The notes below the pieces were generated by a model. The model was not told the DNA's origin and ran no database searches. It saw only the letters and a program-made list of their open reading frames with translations. The position numbers and the translations under genes were made by a program. A stretch of 64,000 nucleotides of DNA from Podarcis gaigeae (taxonomy: Eukaryota), in assembly GCA_964106915.2 (NCBI GenBank), contig OZ066919.1; one strand, 5' to 3'. Below, piece after piece: positions 24,601 through 39,300 of this stretch; positions within the stretch are counted from its first letter, which is position 1; the number at the start of each line of letters is the position of its first letter.

Positions 24601-27600
24601 GTCCTTATTAGCACTGAATCCTGATCCATCCTGCATATTTTCTTTCTGCCTTTTGTGGTCTGGGTTCTTTGCTGATATAACCCTGTCCAAACTTACCTCT
24701 TTTCCCTTGGTTCAACTATGCCACCTACAAACTAGTTTTCCTACCACCACCCACCCATCCAACCCACCCCTGGCACAGTGATCTCAGGCCTACTTGCTTG
24801 AAAATAAAGCTCCAATAAATATCGTAAGGTCTTATTTTCAGGTAAAGGCTTGGGAGCATTTGTGTGGATTGGCCTCCGTCTTTCAATTCCATTCCTGGGT
24901 GCCAGAAGCCTTCTGCAGGTCAACGGCATTATGGAACCATGTTCCCCAATACTCAGCAAAATTACCATCGGGATAATATTGCTGGTTCATGGGCTCTGAT
25001 GAACCTTGTCCATGACTGTATTGTTCACTGTAGTATTCCTCCTGGCCCATGTACTGCTGAGAGGAACCTACAAAGCAGAGTGAGAGTACCGTTGTCAGTC
25101 TACAGTGAGATCAAAGGTGGATAACTGAAACAACCTCTTTAAAGGGAGTGATACCCTATCTGCCTGACTTGTAAGTCTGTTCTATACAGAGGAGGTTCTG
25201 GCCTAGCACTGTGGGCTTCAAGTCTTGCCTCTGCTGTGAACTTCAGTGTGAGAAACTGAGTTCTATTAGGACCATAGCACTGGAAGTTTGTTTTGGTTCA
25301 TTCATCCTGTGGCATTTTTGGGATCACACCCTCCCCAACTGCTCTTTGCCCTGCAACTACAAAACTGCAGTGATGAGGGAAGAAGTGTTAACCCTGATTC
25401 CCCAGTGATACTTTCCACACCTGAGGTAGGCCTCTCAGCAGTTGAATTTGCTGTTTAAAAAGACCCAGCTCACATCCAACCATGGATCTTCCATCTCATA
25501 AGGTCATGCCCTTGGAACACACGCAACACTGCGGAGCTATACAGTTCTGAGTCCCTGGTTCTTATTTACCTTGCTGTGAAGGTCGGTAAGGGCCCATTGG
25601 CCGTTGGCCCATCATGCTGTTGCCTTGGTTACTCTGACTCATCATGGCAATGGAAGACTGCCCTTGGTAGTGTTGGCTCCCTGCTTGTGCAGAGTTGTAA
25701 TGTGACGTTGCCGCTTGCTGGTGCATCATGGACACTGCAACACACACACACACACATTTTACATTCTCAAATTCTCTACACAGTGCTCCACTACTACCAC
25801 TGTAGCCCTGAGTAGAATAAACTTCAGTTTAAGAAATATATATTGCAATTGTACTTAAGTATATGTGAAATAACAGCATATGTTTACCTCCATCTCAATT
25901 TCCCACCCCTTCATCTATTTTTAGAATATAAACCACCTGGGGCAGGGACCTATACTCTCTCTTTTTAAAGTACATCATTGATGCTAAAATGTAAGGAATC
26001 ATAGGGTTGGCTGGGAGATCCCAAGGGTCATCTAGTCCAACCCCCTGCAATGCAGGAATCTCAACTGAAGCATCTATGGCAGATGGCAATTCAACCTCTG
26101 CTTAAAAACCTTCAATGAAGGAGAGCCCACAACCTCCCAAGGGAGTCCGTTCCACTCCCTTCTCTGAAGGAAGCTTCAGACATATTTGGAGCTCTTCAGT
26201 AGCCCTGCTCTGAACCTGATTCCTGCCACTGCCCACCTCCCCAGGTCTGACCCTGTTATAAGTGGTCACAGAAGCCAAGAGCCCCGTGACACTTTAAAAT
26301 GGCATATCTATCCAACAACAAAAAAGGCCAGGCCAAACCAAGCCAACCATACCAGGATTGGACTGCATGTTGATATTTGTTCGCGAGACGTAGTTGCCTA
26401 TTGATCCCTGGCCTTGCATTGGTACATTCTGAGACGCAGGCACTGTATGGCTATAGCCGGTTCCGGTTCCGTGGCTACTGACAGTCATGCTCAGGGAAGT
26501 CGTGGGCATGGTATTCTGGCCTGACTGTTGCATAGACACGTGATTGGGACCTAGCAGAAAGCAAAGAAGGAAACAAGGGGTGGCAATGAATATTGATTTT
26601 GAATCCTGTTCAGATTTTGCCTTCCTTCACTCTCGAGTTGCCAGTATCTAAGCTTTCCACATCTCTGCTACAGAAACTGTGCAGCCAGGAAGCTCAAAAA
26701 CTATGCTCATGTTATGCTACTTTCTATCTTACCTCTCCCAGTTCTTTTTAGATTCAAAATATGGACTTTGAAGGATTGGAATTCCCCCCCCCCCGCCCCA
26801 CGTCAGATTTGCGAATGGTTTGGAGTTTGGGAATGACATCCAGTGAGGAACCTACGGTAATTTGCCACAAATATATAGGACAGAAGGAATAAATACTTGG
26901 GTGGGGTTGGGAGGGAAGAGGAGGTGAGCAGGGAACCACGTGGGCTGTATAAAGTCAGGGGTAGCCAACACTGAGTCTTAACAATACCTAGAGGATCCCC
27001 AAGTTCTCAATCTCTGGACAGGGGGCCTACAATTCTAGGTATGCTTACTTTGGGGAAAGGATACATCAGTACAGTGGGACTTACTTCTAAGTAAATTGCA
27101 CAGGAACAGGCTGCATGAGACCTTAAAACAATTTGGCCATTTGAGTGAAGAAAAGTGAAAGACCTTTTTTTCTGTGCCACATTTAAATGCTCCCTCTTGG
27201 GCTCCCTTCACCCTTCAAAATGCTTGAAATTAGATCACTGGTGACAGAGCGAGAATTTGATGCTGGCAACCAGTGCTTTTTATGCTACCCACAAAAGCCG
27301 CTGAAGCCAACATACGCTAAAGAACTTGAACAGCACCCACCTCAGTGTTCATGGATCAATTCCTCCTATAGGAAATCCATTGTTGCAGAATGCAAGTGGC
27401 AACTGTATGAAGAATTGTAACTGATTTGTGTGCATATTTAAGCCCGTGCTGAGGTTTTCCACATGCCCGAGAGGCTAGTTAAACAGCCATAAAAGGCTCC
27501 TTTAGAAGCACGTTCGGCATTTGCGATGCAGTTGCCAGGCAACCATGGAAAGCTCACCATTGCTGATCTGACTCTGCATGAGGGAGGGAGGCGGAAGGCC

Positions 27601-30600
27601 TGTCCCGATTGCATCACTGAGGTTGCTCTGTGCATGAAGAGACTGGTTGGATGCGCTCTGATTCATTCCTCCTGGACCGAGGTTCATGTTTTGCGTCGGT
27701 GGCTGCAGATGGCAAGAAGGAGAAGGGGGAAAAAAGATTCAGCAAGAGGGATTTATTGTAGGAATAAGCTATGAGGAGTGGGGATCTGACAGAATTCCTG
27801 CCATTATTTATTATTATTAGACATTATTAATAATGAATCAACGCAGGAATAAGACTTTTCAGTAATGAAAAAATCAACAGCAATGATAATGACATATACG
27901 ATCACCTTCATCTAAGCAGACCGTGATGAAACAGTTTTTTGTTTTGTGTAGGAAATTATATAACTTTTGGATAAAAAGCACTGATATTTACAAAAGATTA
28001 ACATCAGGTTTGGAGGTTCACATTGGAGTATGGAGATACATGAAAATATGTTAGATAATGGCAGCTCTGCTATTTTGTAATCCATTTTAATTACCAGACA
28101 GTTAATTAGAAAACAGCGAACACACAAAGCCCGAGCCTGTCACATTTAACTCCTAGATGAGCACTTCCAAAACAACATAAAATGTAGCTTAGCATTTTGA
28201 ACATTTTGAAATATTCCAATTTTAACTTCACAAATGCAAACGATATATATTAGCTAAATAAATTCTGTGTCTGGTTTTCCTGTGCAGGTAAAACTTCCTT
28301 TGAAGTCAATAGAGAATTTGTGTTGGGTCATTGAAGGGACATAGTCAACATTTTTATATCTCTAAACCCAACCTTGACCTGGCCCAGTTTCATAACATGC
28401 ATGTACATATCCAATGTTATTCAGTGTCAGTTAAAGACACCTCTTTTCCTTTGGTCTTTTAGGACATAAGGAGACCCACAAACTACAGTTGTACACCATT
28501 GTGCTGTATCTAGACTTTTGGAATTCTTTGTTCAAAAAAATTCATTATTTCAAAATAGCTGTATTATATAGGCTTTTGTACATGCTGCTATGGGATCTTT
28601 TGGGATAAATGGCAGTCTAAATATAAAATAAAAATATTAAGGGGAAGGAGCAGCAGCAGAGGCCAAGAACTTTACTAGATAGCAAAATAAGGGAGCAATC
28701 TCCCAATTGCATGTCTGCATCCTGAAATGAAACATGTACATATCAGCACATACACCCCACCCAACTAGGAATGAAGTCTTATCACCCATTCATCATCTAG
28801 CTCAGTATTGCCAACTTCCACCTGGGAGATGGTATCCCCTTTTTAAGAGCCTTCTCCAGGGCAAGGAGGTATTTTGCTGGAGGAGTTTTCCTACTCTGTT
28901 GCCACAGGGGTCAAGCTTCTTACCCACCCTTCTCTCCCAACCAGTACTGTGGTACCTCGGGTTAAGAACTTAATTTGTTTCGGAGGTCCGTTCTTAACCT
29001 GAAACTGTTCTTAACCTGAAGCACCACTTTAGCTAATGGGGCCTCCTGCTGCCGCTGCGCTGCCGGAGCACAATTTCTATTCTCATCCTGAAGCAAAGTT
29101 TTTAACCTAAGGTACTATTTCTGGGTTAGTGGAGTCTGTAACCTGAAGCATCTGTAACCTGAAGCATATGTAACCCGAGGTACCCCTGTATAAAGCAGGC
29201 AAGAAAGAAGAAGAAATAACTAGGGATGGGGAATTTTTTCATCCTGAGGTCTGCATTTTCTTCTGAGCAGCCTTCTAGGGGCCACATGCTAGTGATGGTC
29301 AGGACTGGAGGCAAAAGTGGGTGGAGAAACAAATGTAAATTTGACCTTTCTACAGTAGGCTCATTTCAACATACATTCAGCCCCCCCCCCCATCTGTCAG
29401 CTGGAGGGCCTGAGGTTCCCTACCTCTGTAGTATACAGTTGCAATATCAGAATAAGGCTTGCTGCATCTCTGCAACATCACTTCCCCACAACTCCTTGAA
29501 AAGATGAAAAGCCACCCTTTCCAGGTAAGGCAGTGTCCAATTTTGTAACAAGGTACTGGAGTTCAGGCCTGTTTAGAAGTCACATACTGGAAGCCCTTCT
29601 CTACAGCAGACTGGGCTAGGTGAATTCTGGAAAATACCGCTTCAGACTGCCTTGGAGGGGTGGTAGCATTTGTATCATTTCTACATGCAAAAAACAACAA
29701 CCCTTTGCTAATTAAATACCATATTTTTTGCACCATAACACTCACTTTTTTCCTCCTAGAAATTAAGGGGAAATGTCTGTGCGTGTTATGGAGAAAATGC
29801 CTACGGGTGGCATGCCTACGGATTTTCCTCCTCTAAAAACTATGTGCGTGTTATGGTCGGGTGCGTGCTGTAGAGCGAAAAATACGGTAACCTATATTAC
29901 TTAGCTTTTCAGGGATAAAGGTTTTTTTCAGCCCCCTTCCTTGCAAGGAGTACCTTTTGTTCTTATTTTAACAATTCAGAGGAAATTCTTAAATGCAGTT
30001 ACCCACCTATAGTCCAGCATGGCACAGTCCGCTCCAGCTCTTCCACCCCAAAACTCTACCACTTCATGTGCAGACCAGTTCCCAGATATGTGCAGGCTAA
30101 CAATAAGGAAATGCACTTTCTATAACCATGGTATTGACCCTAAAATATGTGCAGTGGAAAATCAGCTCCAGGCATGTCCACATTGGGTTTGTGCTCATGT
30201 TGGCAGCATTGTTTATTTCCCCACAAAAAGCATATCTTTAGCTGCAAGTACTGGATTTCATTCAATCTCATCAGTCAGTACTTACAGCAGGAAGCAAGGA
30301 CTGCATATTCTGGTTCGAGTCTGCTATTGTTGCCAAGTAGACCAAGTTTCTGTGCAAAATTTGTTGATATCTGTAAGCAAAGGAACATGACATCTTAAGG
30401 AAGTAAAGCTGGTTAGAAAAACACCTTTTCTTCTCTGGAGTGGCTATGTGCATCTGATCTAACTCACCTTTGCAAGCTCAGCAAAACACAGATTTTGTGT
30501 AGCAACAGGAGTCAAGAGTTAACATTCACCCGTTTAAGCATGCAATGTAATCCTGCCCCAGGCCATGTTCAAGATCTTCTTATTAGCATAAATTTTTGAA

Positions 30601-33600
30601 CTTCTTGAGACCTGGTTACCTGAAATACCACCTGGCCCCTGCTCAAACCTGCAACGTTACTTAGATCATCTGGGGAAATCCTGTCGGTGACATTGCACCC
30701 TACAGAATATCACAGGTCAAACCCAAAACCAGACATTTTCCACTACTGCCCTTGCACTATGGGATGCCCTTCCCTGTGCTATGCATGAAGCACAATCCAT
30801 CAGTTCCTTCATACATGTTTTAAAGATATATCTTTTTGCCCAGGCTTTCCTTGGCCCATAAGTTTAGATCCTATTACAACTAGATTCCTGTTTTTGTGTT
30901 GCTTTTCTGTTTTTATGACACTGGTCTATTTTTATGTGATGTTTCTTTATACTGCTTAGATGTTTTTAAACATAAATCAGTTTAGAAAGGCTTTTAAATG
31001 AATAAAACAATAAACACATATATTTCAACACAACAACAAAAAATCATACTCACTGAGTACATTCTGCTGTTTTGCCCTTGCTTTGATAGTCCATAATACA
31101 CTGTATTAGATGATGGTTTTCATCCAACATCTGGATTAAAAAACAGAATATAAAAGATCAAGATATGACTGACTGAAACATAGTCAGGGACCTTGTACAT
31201 TCCTTCCTTTGTTTAGCTAAAACTTTCTGTAGTCTTCCTTTTCCTTGCACGCTCTTTATGCATGTGCATTAATCATCATTAAAAGTAGATAAAGCAAGGT
31301 GAAAGAAGCAGGGAGATAGTTATTTATGATTAAAATGAATGCAGCACACCATTATGGAAATTACCGTAATATCTGAAGTTGTCTTATACAGAATTAGACC
31401 ACCGGCTGGTACTGCCTACTCGAGGGCTCATAACCCTTTTTAGGTCTGTGAACAGATTTGGATTTTTTAGCTAGAGTGGGGCGCACCACTCCTCGATCAG
31501 CCTCTCCATCCCCTTGCAGGTAAAACACTCTGTGCACACTTTGGTTTTCCATGGGGTCTGGGTAAAAGCTGAATCCAGGAGAATTAGTCTGAGCCTTGAA
31601 AAACGCATAGATCAGTGAAGAGGCTCTGCTGCATGATCAACCCTTTTATTCTGGAGAGGAACCCTTTTGGTTTACTAAGACTATTTCTTTTGTTGCATCT
31701 ATTTTCTTTATTTCAACAATTTATATACTGCTTAGCAGCATGGTTTCTAAACTGTGTACAATGAGCTTACAAAAGATAAACACTTATTAAAATTAACCAA
31801 ACCAAATTTTGACCAAACTGCGGGAGGCAGTGGAAGATAGGAGTGCCTGGCGTGCTCTGGTCCATGGGGTCACGAAGAGTCGGACACGACTAAACAACAA
31901 CAACAACAAAATTAACCATGGAATCAGAAACTCAAAACACTTGCTAAAATAATAATTGAGAAGTCTGAAGTTCAGTGGGGGCCGGGGTCTGATTTCTGCT
32001 AGAAGGACGTTCCACAGAATTGGGCCCACAATACCAAACACACAGTTCCTGGTGGATGGAAGCCATGCATTAAATCCTATTCAACGGTAGAAGCATCCAA
32101 GCTGGTGATGGTGGTCTAAGAAGCAGGGATGCAGAACTCGGCCTGAAATCTGCATCAGTGACTAGATTGAAGCAGCAGACGAAAGGAGAGCAGGAAGATC
32201 CTCAATCCATTCTCCCTCCTTAGAGACGTTTCCATTCAGAAGGGGAATTTTGTGCAGCCACGCACCAGTGAAATGGCATTTAGGAGAAAATCAAAAGCAA
32301 TGATTGACTGAACTATGCCTTTGGCTAAATTCTAGAAGAAGCCTTTCTGTTTCTAGGGAACACGACTGGGGAAAAGCATAAAGGAATGGAGCAAAGGATC
32401 CTGCCCACCCCCCACTCATGTCGAAGAAGGTTGAAGTCCTGAAATAATTTCATTGCTGCTTTTTGTTGTTTTTTGTTGTTAAAAAATGTCACAGCCACAG
32501 ACTGCATCCCTTTGCCTAGGTTTTCGTAGCATTTCACATTTGTATATTAATCAGTGCAAAGGAACTGGAGGAAGCACAAACATTTCTTTGGTGTATTTAT
32601 TTCCAGTTTGTTCCTGTTTCTACCCCAAAAGCTACAGAAAAATATTTATAAATGCCCTATATAGCATTTCAAAATGTCCAGTCTAAGAAATGGAATATAA
32701 AATTGGGGGTAGACATAGGCTCAGTGACAGAGCATTTGCTTTGCATTGTTGTTTATTTGTTTCCCGCACATCAGACTGGGTTGCCCCAGCCACTCTGGAC
32801 AGCTTCCAAAAACTTCCCTATACAGGGCTGCCTTCAGATGTCTTTTAAAAGTCATATGCAGAAGGTTGCTGGCTCAATCCCTAGCATCTCCTGGTAGGGC
32901 TGCAAGTGAGCCTTGCCTGAAACCCTGGAGAGTCAGTGTGGGCAATGCTGAGCTGGGTGGACCAATGGTCTGACTCAGTGTAAGGCAGTTGCCTGTGTCT
33001 GGTGGTTCCCCAAAAGTTCTCTGGGGCAATTTAAACCATCTGCAAACTGGGATACAAGAAAGACAAAACACTGCCTTGCTCAGCCATGGAACACCAGGGC
33101 AGGCAACTTGTTCATTCCTACCACAATGGCTCCTCTGGAAAATGCATCCGTTTGAATTTATCTCCTGCAAATGCACAGCTGTCGTGCACTTCCAAAGGAA
33201 ACAGTAAAGTGCTGTACTTGGAAATGTGGTTGTGTGTTGTGGTCAAATCCTGCTCTCCATTCCTGGTATTTAGGGGCTTAGCCCTTGCACACAAATTCTC
33301 TGGGGCTGGGGAGGACAGTGTGTCTCTGCAATGCTAGCTGCAGGTTTTATGGGTGGGGCTTGGTCAAGATACCCTGAGTAGTGCCACCCCATCCTCACAG
33401 GTGCTTTTTCCCCATTTGCTTGATCTGTCCCATTGGGCACAATCTGCAACTTCCCAAGAGAGGGCAAAGTGAGATGAAGTAAGATAAATAAAACATAATG
33501 GCTGTCGGGGGCTTTGGGAAGTTGTTCAGATTTTTCCATATATAACACAGGCCCAACTGCGGCTCCCAGAAGAGACTGCAGGTATCCACTCTTTGAGGCT

Positions 33601-36268
33601 CTTTCCCATGGCTCTATGGCAGATGTGAGGAACCTTTGAGCTGACCTGAGCTTAGCTTCCTCAATAGCTCAGGCAGGACATCTGATTTGCATGCAGAAGG
33701 TTACCAGGTTCAACCACTGGCATCTCCCAGCAGGGCCTGGAATGTCAGCCGTCTGAAACCCTGGTAGGCCACTGCTAGTCAATATAGGCAATAATGAAAA
33801 AGATGGATCAACTATCTGACAGTGGAAGGGAGCTTCCTATGTCCCTGGGGATGTGGCATACAGATATTTGATCAAATCAAAAAGCAAATTATGCCAGGGG
33901 TGGAGGAACAGGAAGCAAATGAGAGATTGGGCAGGGGGTTACAGAGACCTGTGGGCAACATTAATGGGATCATGCCATTCAAACATTTTGGTCAGCCTAC
34001 CTCTAGCCTTCCATACACTTTGCCACTCCCAACTTCCCTTGGCCTCAGCCAGCATGACCAATGGTCAGGAATGATGGGCATTGGAGCATAACAGCATCTG
34101 GTCGGTCACATATCCCCCATTCCTGCTTTTTAAGGGGTAACTAATAATGTATGCCAGGGATGGGGAGCCTGATGTATTCCAGATGTTGTTGGACACTTCC
34201 CATTCATCTCAACCAGCATAGCCCCTGGCCAGGAATGATGGGAGCTGTAGTCCAACAGGAGATGGATGGAAATGGGTCTCTACCAGCACCATAAACTAGG
34301 TTGTTTTAAAAGGTATTGGATGTGTTTGGGGGGCAGGGTGTTCCATGATAACTAGCTCTCTCTTTCAACTCACTTCTGCCTTTTTTTCACCCCTGAAATT
34401 ATGCCTGGGCACCTGAGGGGCTTATAATAGCACAACATCTGTAACAGCAGAGTATTCAAGATGCACCTCATACACACGTCAGAAGTGGAGAACCTGTAGC
34501 TCTTCCAAATGTTCCCGGCACCTTCATTATACACCTTTAGGCACCAGGTCAAAACGTTCATCTTCAACCAGGCCTTTGGCTGACTAACATCCTATACCCT
34601 TTTAAATGTGTTTGTTCCTATTGTCTGTTTTGAGTTTTTATCTTGTGGACCACCCTGAGATCTCCACACAAGATCTACCCACTCTGGAAGAATGGCAGAT
34701 GAAGGTGATGGACTATATGGGATTGGCAGAAATGACTGGCAGAATCCGAGACCAGGGAGAAGAGTCGGCGGAAGAAGATTGGAAGAAATTTAAAGACTAT
34801 TTACAGAAATATTGCAAAATTAATGAATGTTAGAATGATGTTGGATAGAAACTAAGTCGTTTCCAGCTGTAATGCTTTAAGAGAATATGGGAAAAAAAGG
34901 TTTAGAAATAGGTAAAAATTTATTGATAAGGATTTGCTGAACTAACAATCTGAATTGGAATACAAAAAAGGGAGGTATGAGGAGGTCCGGGAAATAAGTT
35001 AATGGAAAATAAGTAATGGAAACTTTGTGTGTTTTTAATTATTTTTATTTTTGTATTTTTGTTATTTTTTTCTTTTTTCTTTTTATTGTATTACTATTGA
35101 AAATTTTAATAAATATTCTTTAAAAAAAGAGAGAGAGATCTCCAGAGGAAGGGTGATACACAAGTTTAATAAATTAAAAATAAATTTTAAAAGGGGAAAC
35201 TAGATGGTTATCATTATCTGATCTGTTCCTGAATTAGGTCTTGGGGGAGGAAAGCAGGTGCTTCCAGAGAGGGGCTTCTCTCCAAGAAAGACGGAATTTG
35301 CGTAGAAAGAAATAAGATGGGAGAGAGAGTCCATTTCTTTGTGCAAAGAAGGCCTACGTGTGAAAGACTACCCCAAAGCAATATGTTTGTAAGCCACCCT
35401 TCACCATGCAAACAACTTTGAGAACTTTTTGTTGGACAGTCGTTCACCAATAAGGTGGCTATAGATATGATCCAGACACAGCTAGACTGAAATCTGGACT
35501 AAACCTTATGCAACCTCTGGGTATAGGGCAGTATATAAATTCAGTAAATAATAATAATGCAAATAATTGTCACCTTGCTTATATTTATTACATATAATGC
35601 TAGAGTATTATTTTTGTTTGTTATTATGATATGTATTTTTGTGTTTTTATATTGTAAACCACCCTGCAATCATCAGATGAAGGGCAGCATAGAAATTTAA
35701 TAAATATAAATATATTATGAATAATAATAGAATTAAATTTCTATGCAGCCCTTCATCTAAGTATCACAAGGTTGTTGTTATTACTTTCAATTACTACAGT
35801 GGCATTAAGAATCAGAATAGCATGGAGATGATTTATGATAAGGGGGTGTGGCCGAAACTCTGGAAGGGCTTTAGCTTAGTGTTGTAGCATCTGCCTTGCA
35901 TGAAGGAAATCTCTGGTTCAATCCTCAGCGTTTCCAAGTAGCACTGGGAATGTCCCTGAATGCCTGAAACCTTGGAGAGCTGCTGCCAATCAGTGTAGAA
36001 AATGCTTAGATAGAGGGACCAGTGGTCTGACTAAGGCAGCTCCCTATGTAGACAGGGGCCTAGGGATAACACAGGAACTGAAACACCTGCCTTATCTCAA
36101 GTCAGACAATTTGCCCTTTAGCCCAATATCGTCTGCTTTCACTTTCTGTGGTTCTCCAGGGTCTCAGACAGGGGTCTTTTGAATCACCTAGAATCACAGA
36201 GTTGGAAGGGACCCTGAGGGCCTACCACTTTCTTGTTCTTCCTCTTGCTTCAAACATAGCTGAAGAAA

Positions 36269-36313
<45 letters not shown>

Positions 36314-39300
36314 CAACCTCTCTTGCAAGCCTGAGCTCATTCTGAGCTTTGGCCAACCTGACATTCACCCTGCGACTGTTGGCTACTCATGTATACTCCT
36401 CCTTTGTGATTTCCCCTTTCTTCCATTTCTTATATGTGCCCTTCTTAAATCCCAGCTCATCTGTAAGCTCCTTATGCAGTCACACTGTTTCTTTAGAATT
36501 GCCTGCACCTGTGCCTTCAATATTTCACCTTTAAGAAACTCCCATCCATCTAGGACTCTCTTCTCTTTGAGTATTACTGGCCATGGGATCTCACTCAGTA
36601 GCTCCTTGAGCTTTCTGCAACCGGCCTTCCTAAAGTCCAGAGTACATGTCCTGATTCTTTTAAACTTAGAGATTCAATGCATGTTTACTACTACCACTGA
36701 GCTATGGTCTCTCCCCGACAAGCTGTGATTTTTTGCTTTATTATTACTACTAGTACTACTACTAATAATAATAATAAACAGGCTGAAAAGCTGCACTGTA
36801 ACACAGGGAAGATTATATAGATTCCTATGGGATCACCTCAAAACCAGTATCAAATCATAGGTCACCTATGCATACACAGATGTTCTGGTGGTTTCATTGT
36901 CATGCTGTGTAACGATCACAAAGATATGCTTTGGATCAATGTTTTTGTAGTGCTGACAAGCATCGGATCTGTGATTTTAAAAAAAATATTACTGAGTAGT
37001 CTACCGCTGAAAGATTTAATTTGAAAGTTCTTGGGGATCCCTGTGGCAAAAGCATGCAAATTCAGGAAGATTTGTTTTAGTTCTGCTGGATCCATTTTTT
37101 TTACCCAGTCCCCACAGAAAAGCAGCAGTTCTTGCATTCACTGAGCCTCCGGTTTTCTGTCTGACTCAGAAATGGGTGTGGGAGAGAAGCAATCTGAGGG
37201 GGACGTGCCTATCACACTTTGAGAGAAAGTTCCCACTCTGCCCACAGTGTCCCAAAAGGTTGGCAACATCTGATGGCAGTCAATAAACCTATCAGTAGAA
37301 CCTTCAAACACAGTGATAATGTATGTATCCCTGAATACAAGATGCTAATAGCAACCACCTTCATGCTCTGCTTGGCCTTAAACTAGTGATAATCCCGTGA
37401 ATGCCAAATTAAGCATAAATAACGCCAACCAGGATTAATTAACTCTCAGTCTTGGATTTAAATGTACAGTAGCAAGGAATCCAAATAAGGAAACACTTTC
37501 CACGAAATGCTTTTGACAAAATGATTGCAAAAGAGTTGCAGTGCAAACGATAAGGGCTCACTTTTATATGAAGCACGCATCACAAAATGCCTACACCTTT
37601 TCCCACACATCGTGTTAAAAACCCAAATTAAAAACATTTTCAGAACTGTAATATTCAGAATATTTTATTTGAGTTGTTTGAGATCTATTTCACAGTATCA
37701 CACCAGCCAACTAAACAGCTTTGTCAACTAAGCTCTGGTATAATCCAGTACCAACAAGCAACCTGTAAGAAAAGCCAACACAGGGCATGTTTTAATATTT
37801 TTTTAGAAGCTACCGAGAATAGCTGAGGAAACCAGCCAGATGGGCGGGGTATTATTATTATTATTAATCTGAGAGTGAAGGATATGAAAGACCCATTTAT
37901 TTCATTAAGATAGTGACACGTATATTGAGATCTGTTTGCTGACTGTAAGCTCCTTGGGGCAGGGATTGATATGGGGAAGGGCCATAACTCAGTGGAAGAA
38001 CATCTGCTTTGCATGCAGAAGGTCCCAGCTTCAGTCCTCAGCATCCCCAAGCAGAACTGGGAAGGACCCCAGTTTAAAATCCTGGAGAGCAGCTGCCAGT
38101 CAGTGTAGACAATACTGGACTAGATGGATCAATGATCTGACTCAGTATAAGGCAGCTTCCTATCTTCCTATATAAAACACTATAGCACTATATAAACAAT
38201 CATCTCTCCTATGGAAGTCAATGTGACTTGCAGCCAAATGTTTACTCAGAAGTCAAATCACTTGCTTTGCTTCCTAGACTTGGAACTGTAGCCTTAAGCG
38301 TTTAACTTTGGCTATTTTTGTCCTACCCAGATTGAGAGGGCAGGAGGTTCCTAACCTGCCTAATGTACACTTCCAGATCTACACCTGCTAGGATGAGTTT
38401 TTAAACAAGCTATCTTGCATTTTTGCAAGACAGCGTTGTCTATGTGCTGCAGATTTGTGCTCCAACACCTCCTTCTTGCATTTTCCATCATCACTGACAA
38501 ACAGATCTGTCATCAGATCTTTAATCCTCCTTGGCTTCTTCCAAGACCCTGGGCTAAGACTCCTGAACAATTGTTACTGTAAAGCTAGGAGCATGCCCGC
38601 TTCCAAGGATAGAGGGAGGCTGACGGGCAGGCACTGGAAATAGCGTATTGTTTAAGCGTTAACAGATCTATTACTCATTATTGACATCTCCACACCTCTC
38701 CTATTATTTACAGCCCGTTCCCTGGGAAAGGGAGGCAGGGGGAGAACTTGGATGGTACATTCCCCTGCCCCTCTCCCTCTCAGGGCTTTCTCCTCTTCAG
38801 AAAGCGGCATTGCAAACTTGTACACAGGGGAACACCTGCCTTGTTTTCCTTACAAAGGTTACAATTCTGCTCCCATTTAGAAATGAATTAATGAAAATGC
38901 CCGAACCTCCCTCCATCAAGCATTTAAGATTTTGCCTTTGAATCTGCAACGTTGTTGCTTTTCAGAGGATCTTACAGAATCGTTCCATGCCAAACACTTG
39001 ACATCAATACACATTTTCTTTTAAAATAATAATAGTAATAAAAAAAGAGAAAGCCTTAAGACGAAAAATAGCGATAATCCAGTGTCACACTTCCTTAAGG
39101 TCCCCTTTAAAACCATGACGAGCCTTCCAAAACGAAGAGGAAAATACAAAGATAAAGACGTACGGCCACAAATAGGCAGATTTCTCTTTCTGTGCTAAAA
39201 ACGCTGCTATGCTGTCGTATATAACACACAACAGTCTGTTTTCACTTTGGGCTATTTTCTGCAACGTACGCAGCAATGGAAGTATTTCCAAGCACGAAGA

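Noticed and set aside
38388-38570. 60-aa minus ORF in SS18L1 intron 1 as a hidden exon
   Set aside because: Weak splice signals, no homology, and the SS18L1 CDS is complete without it.
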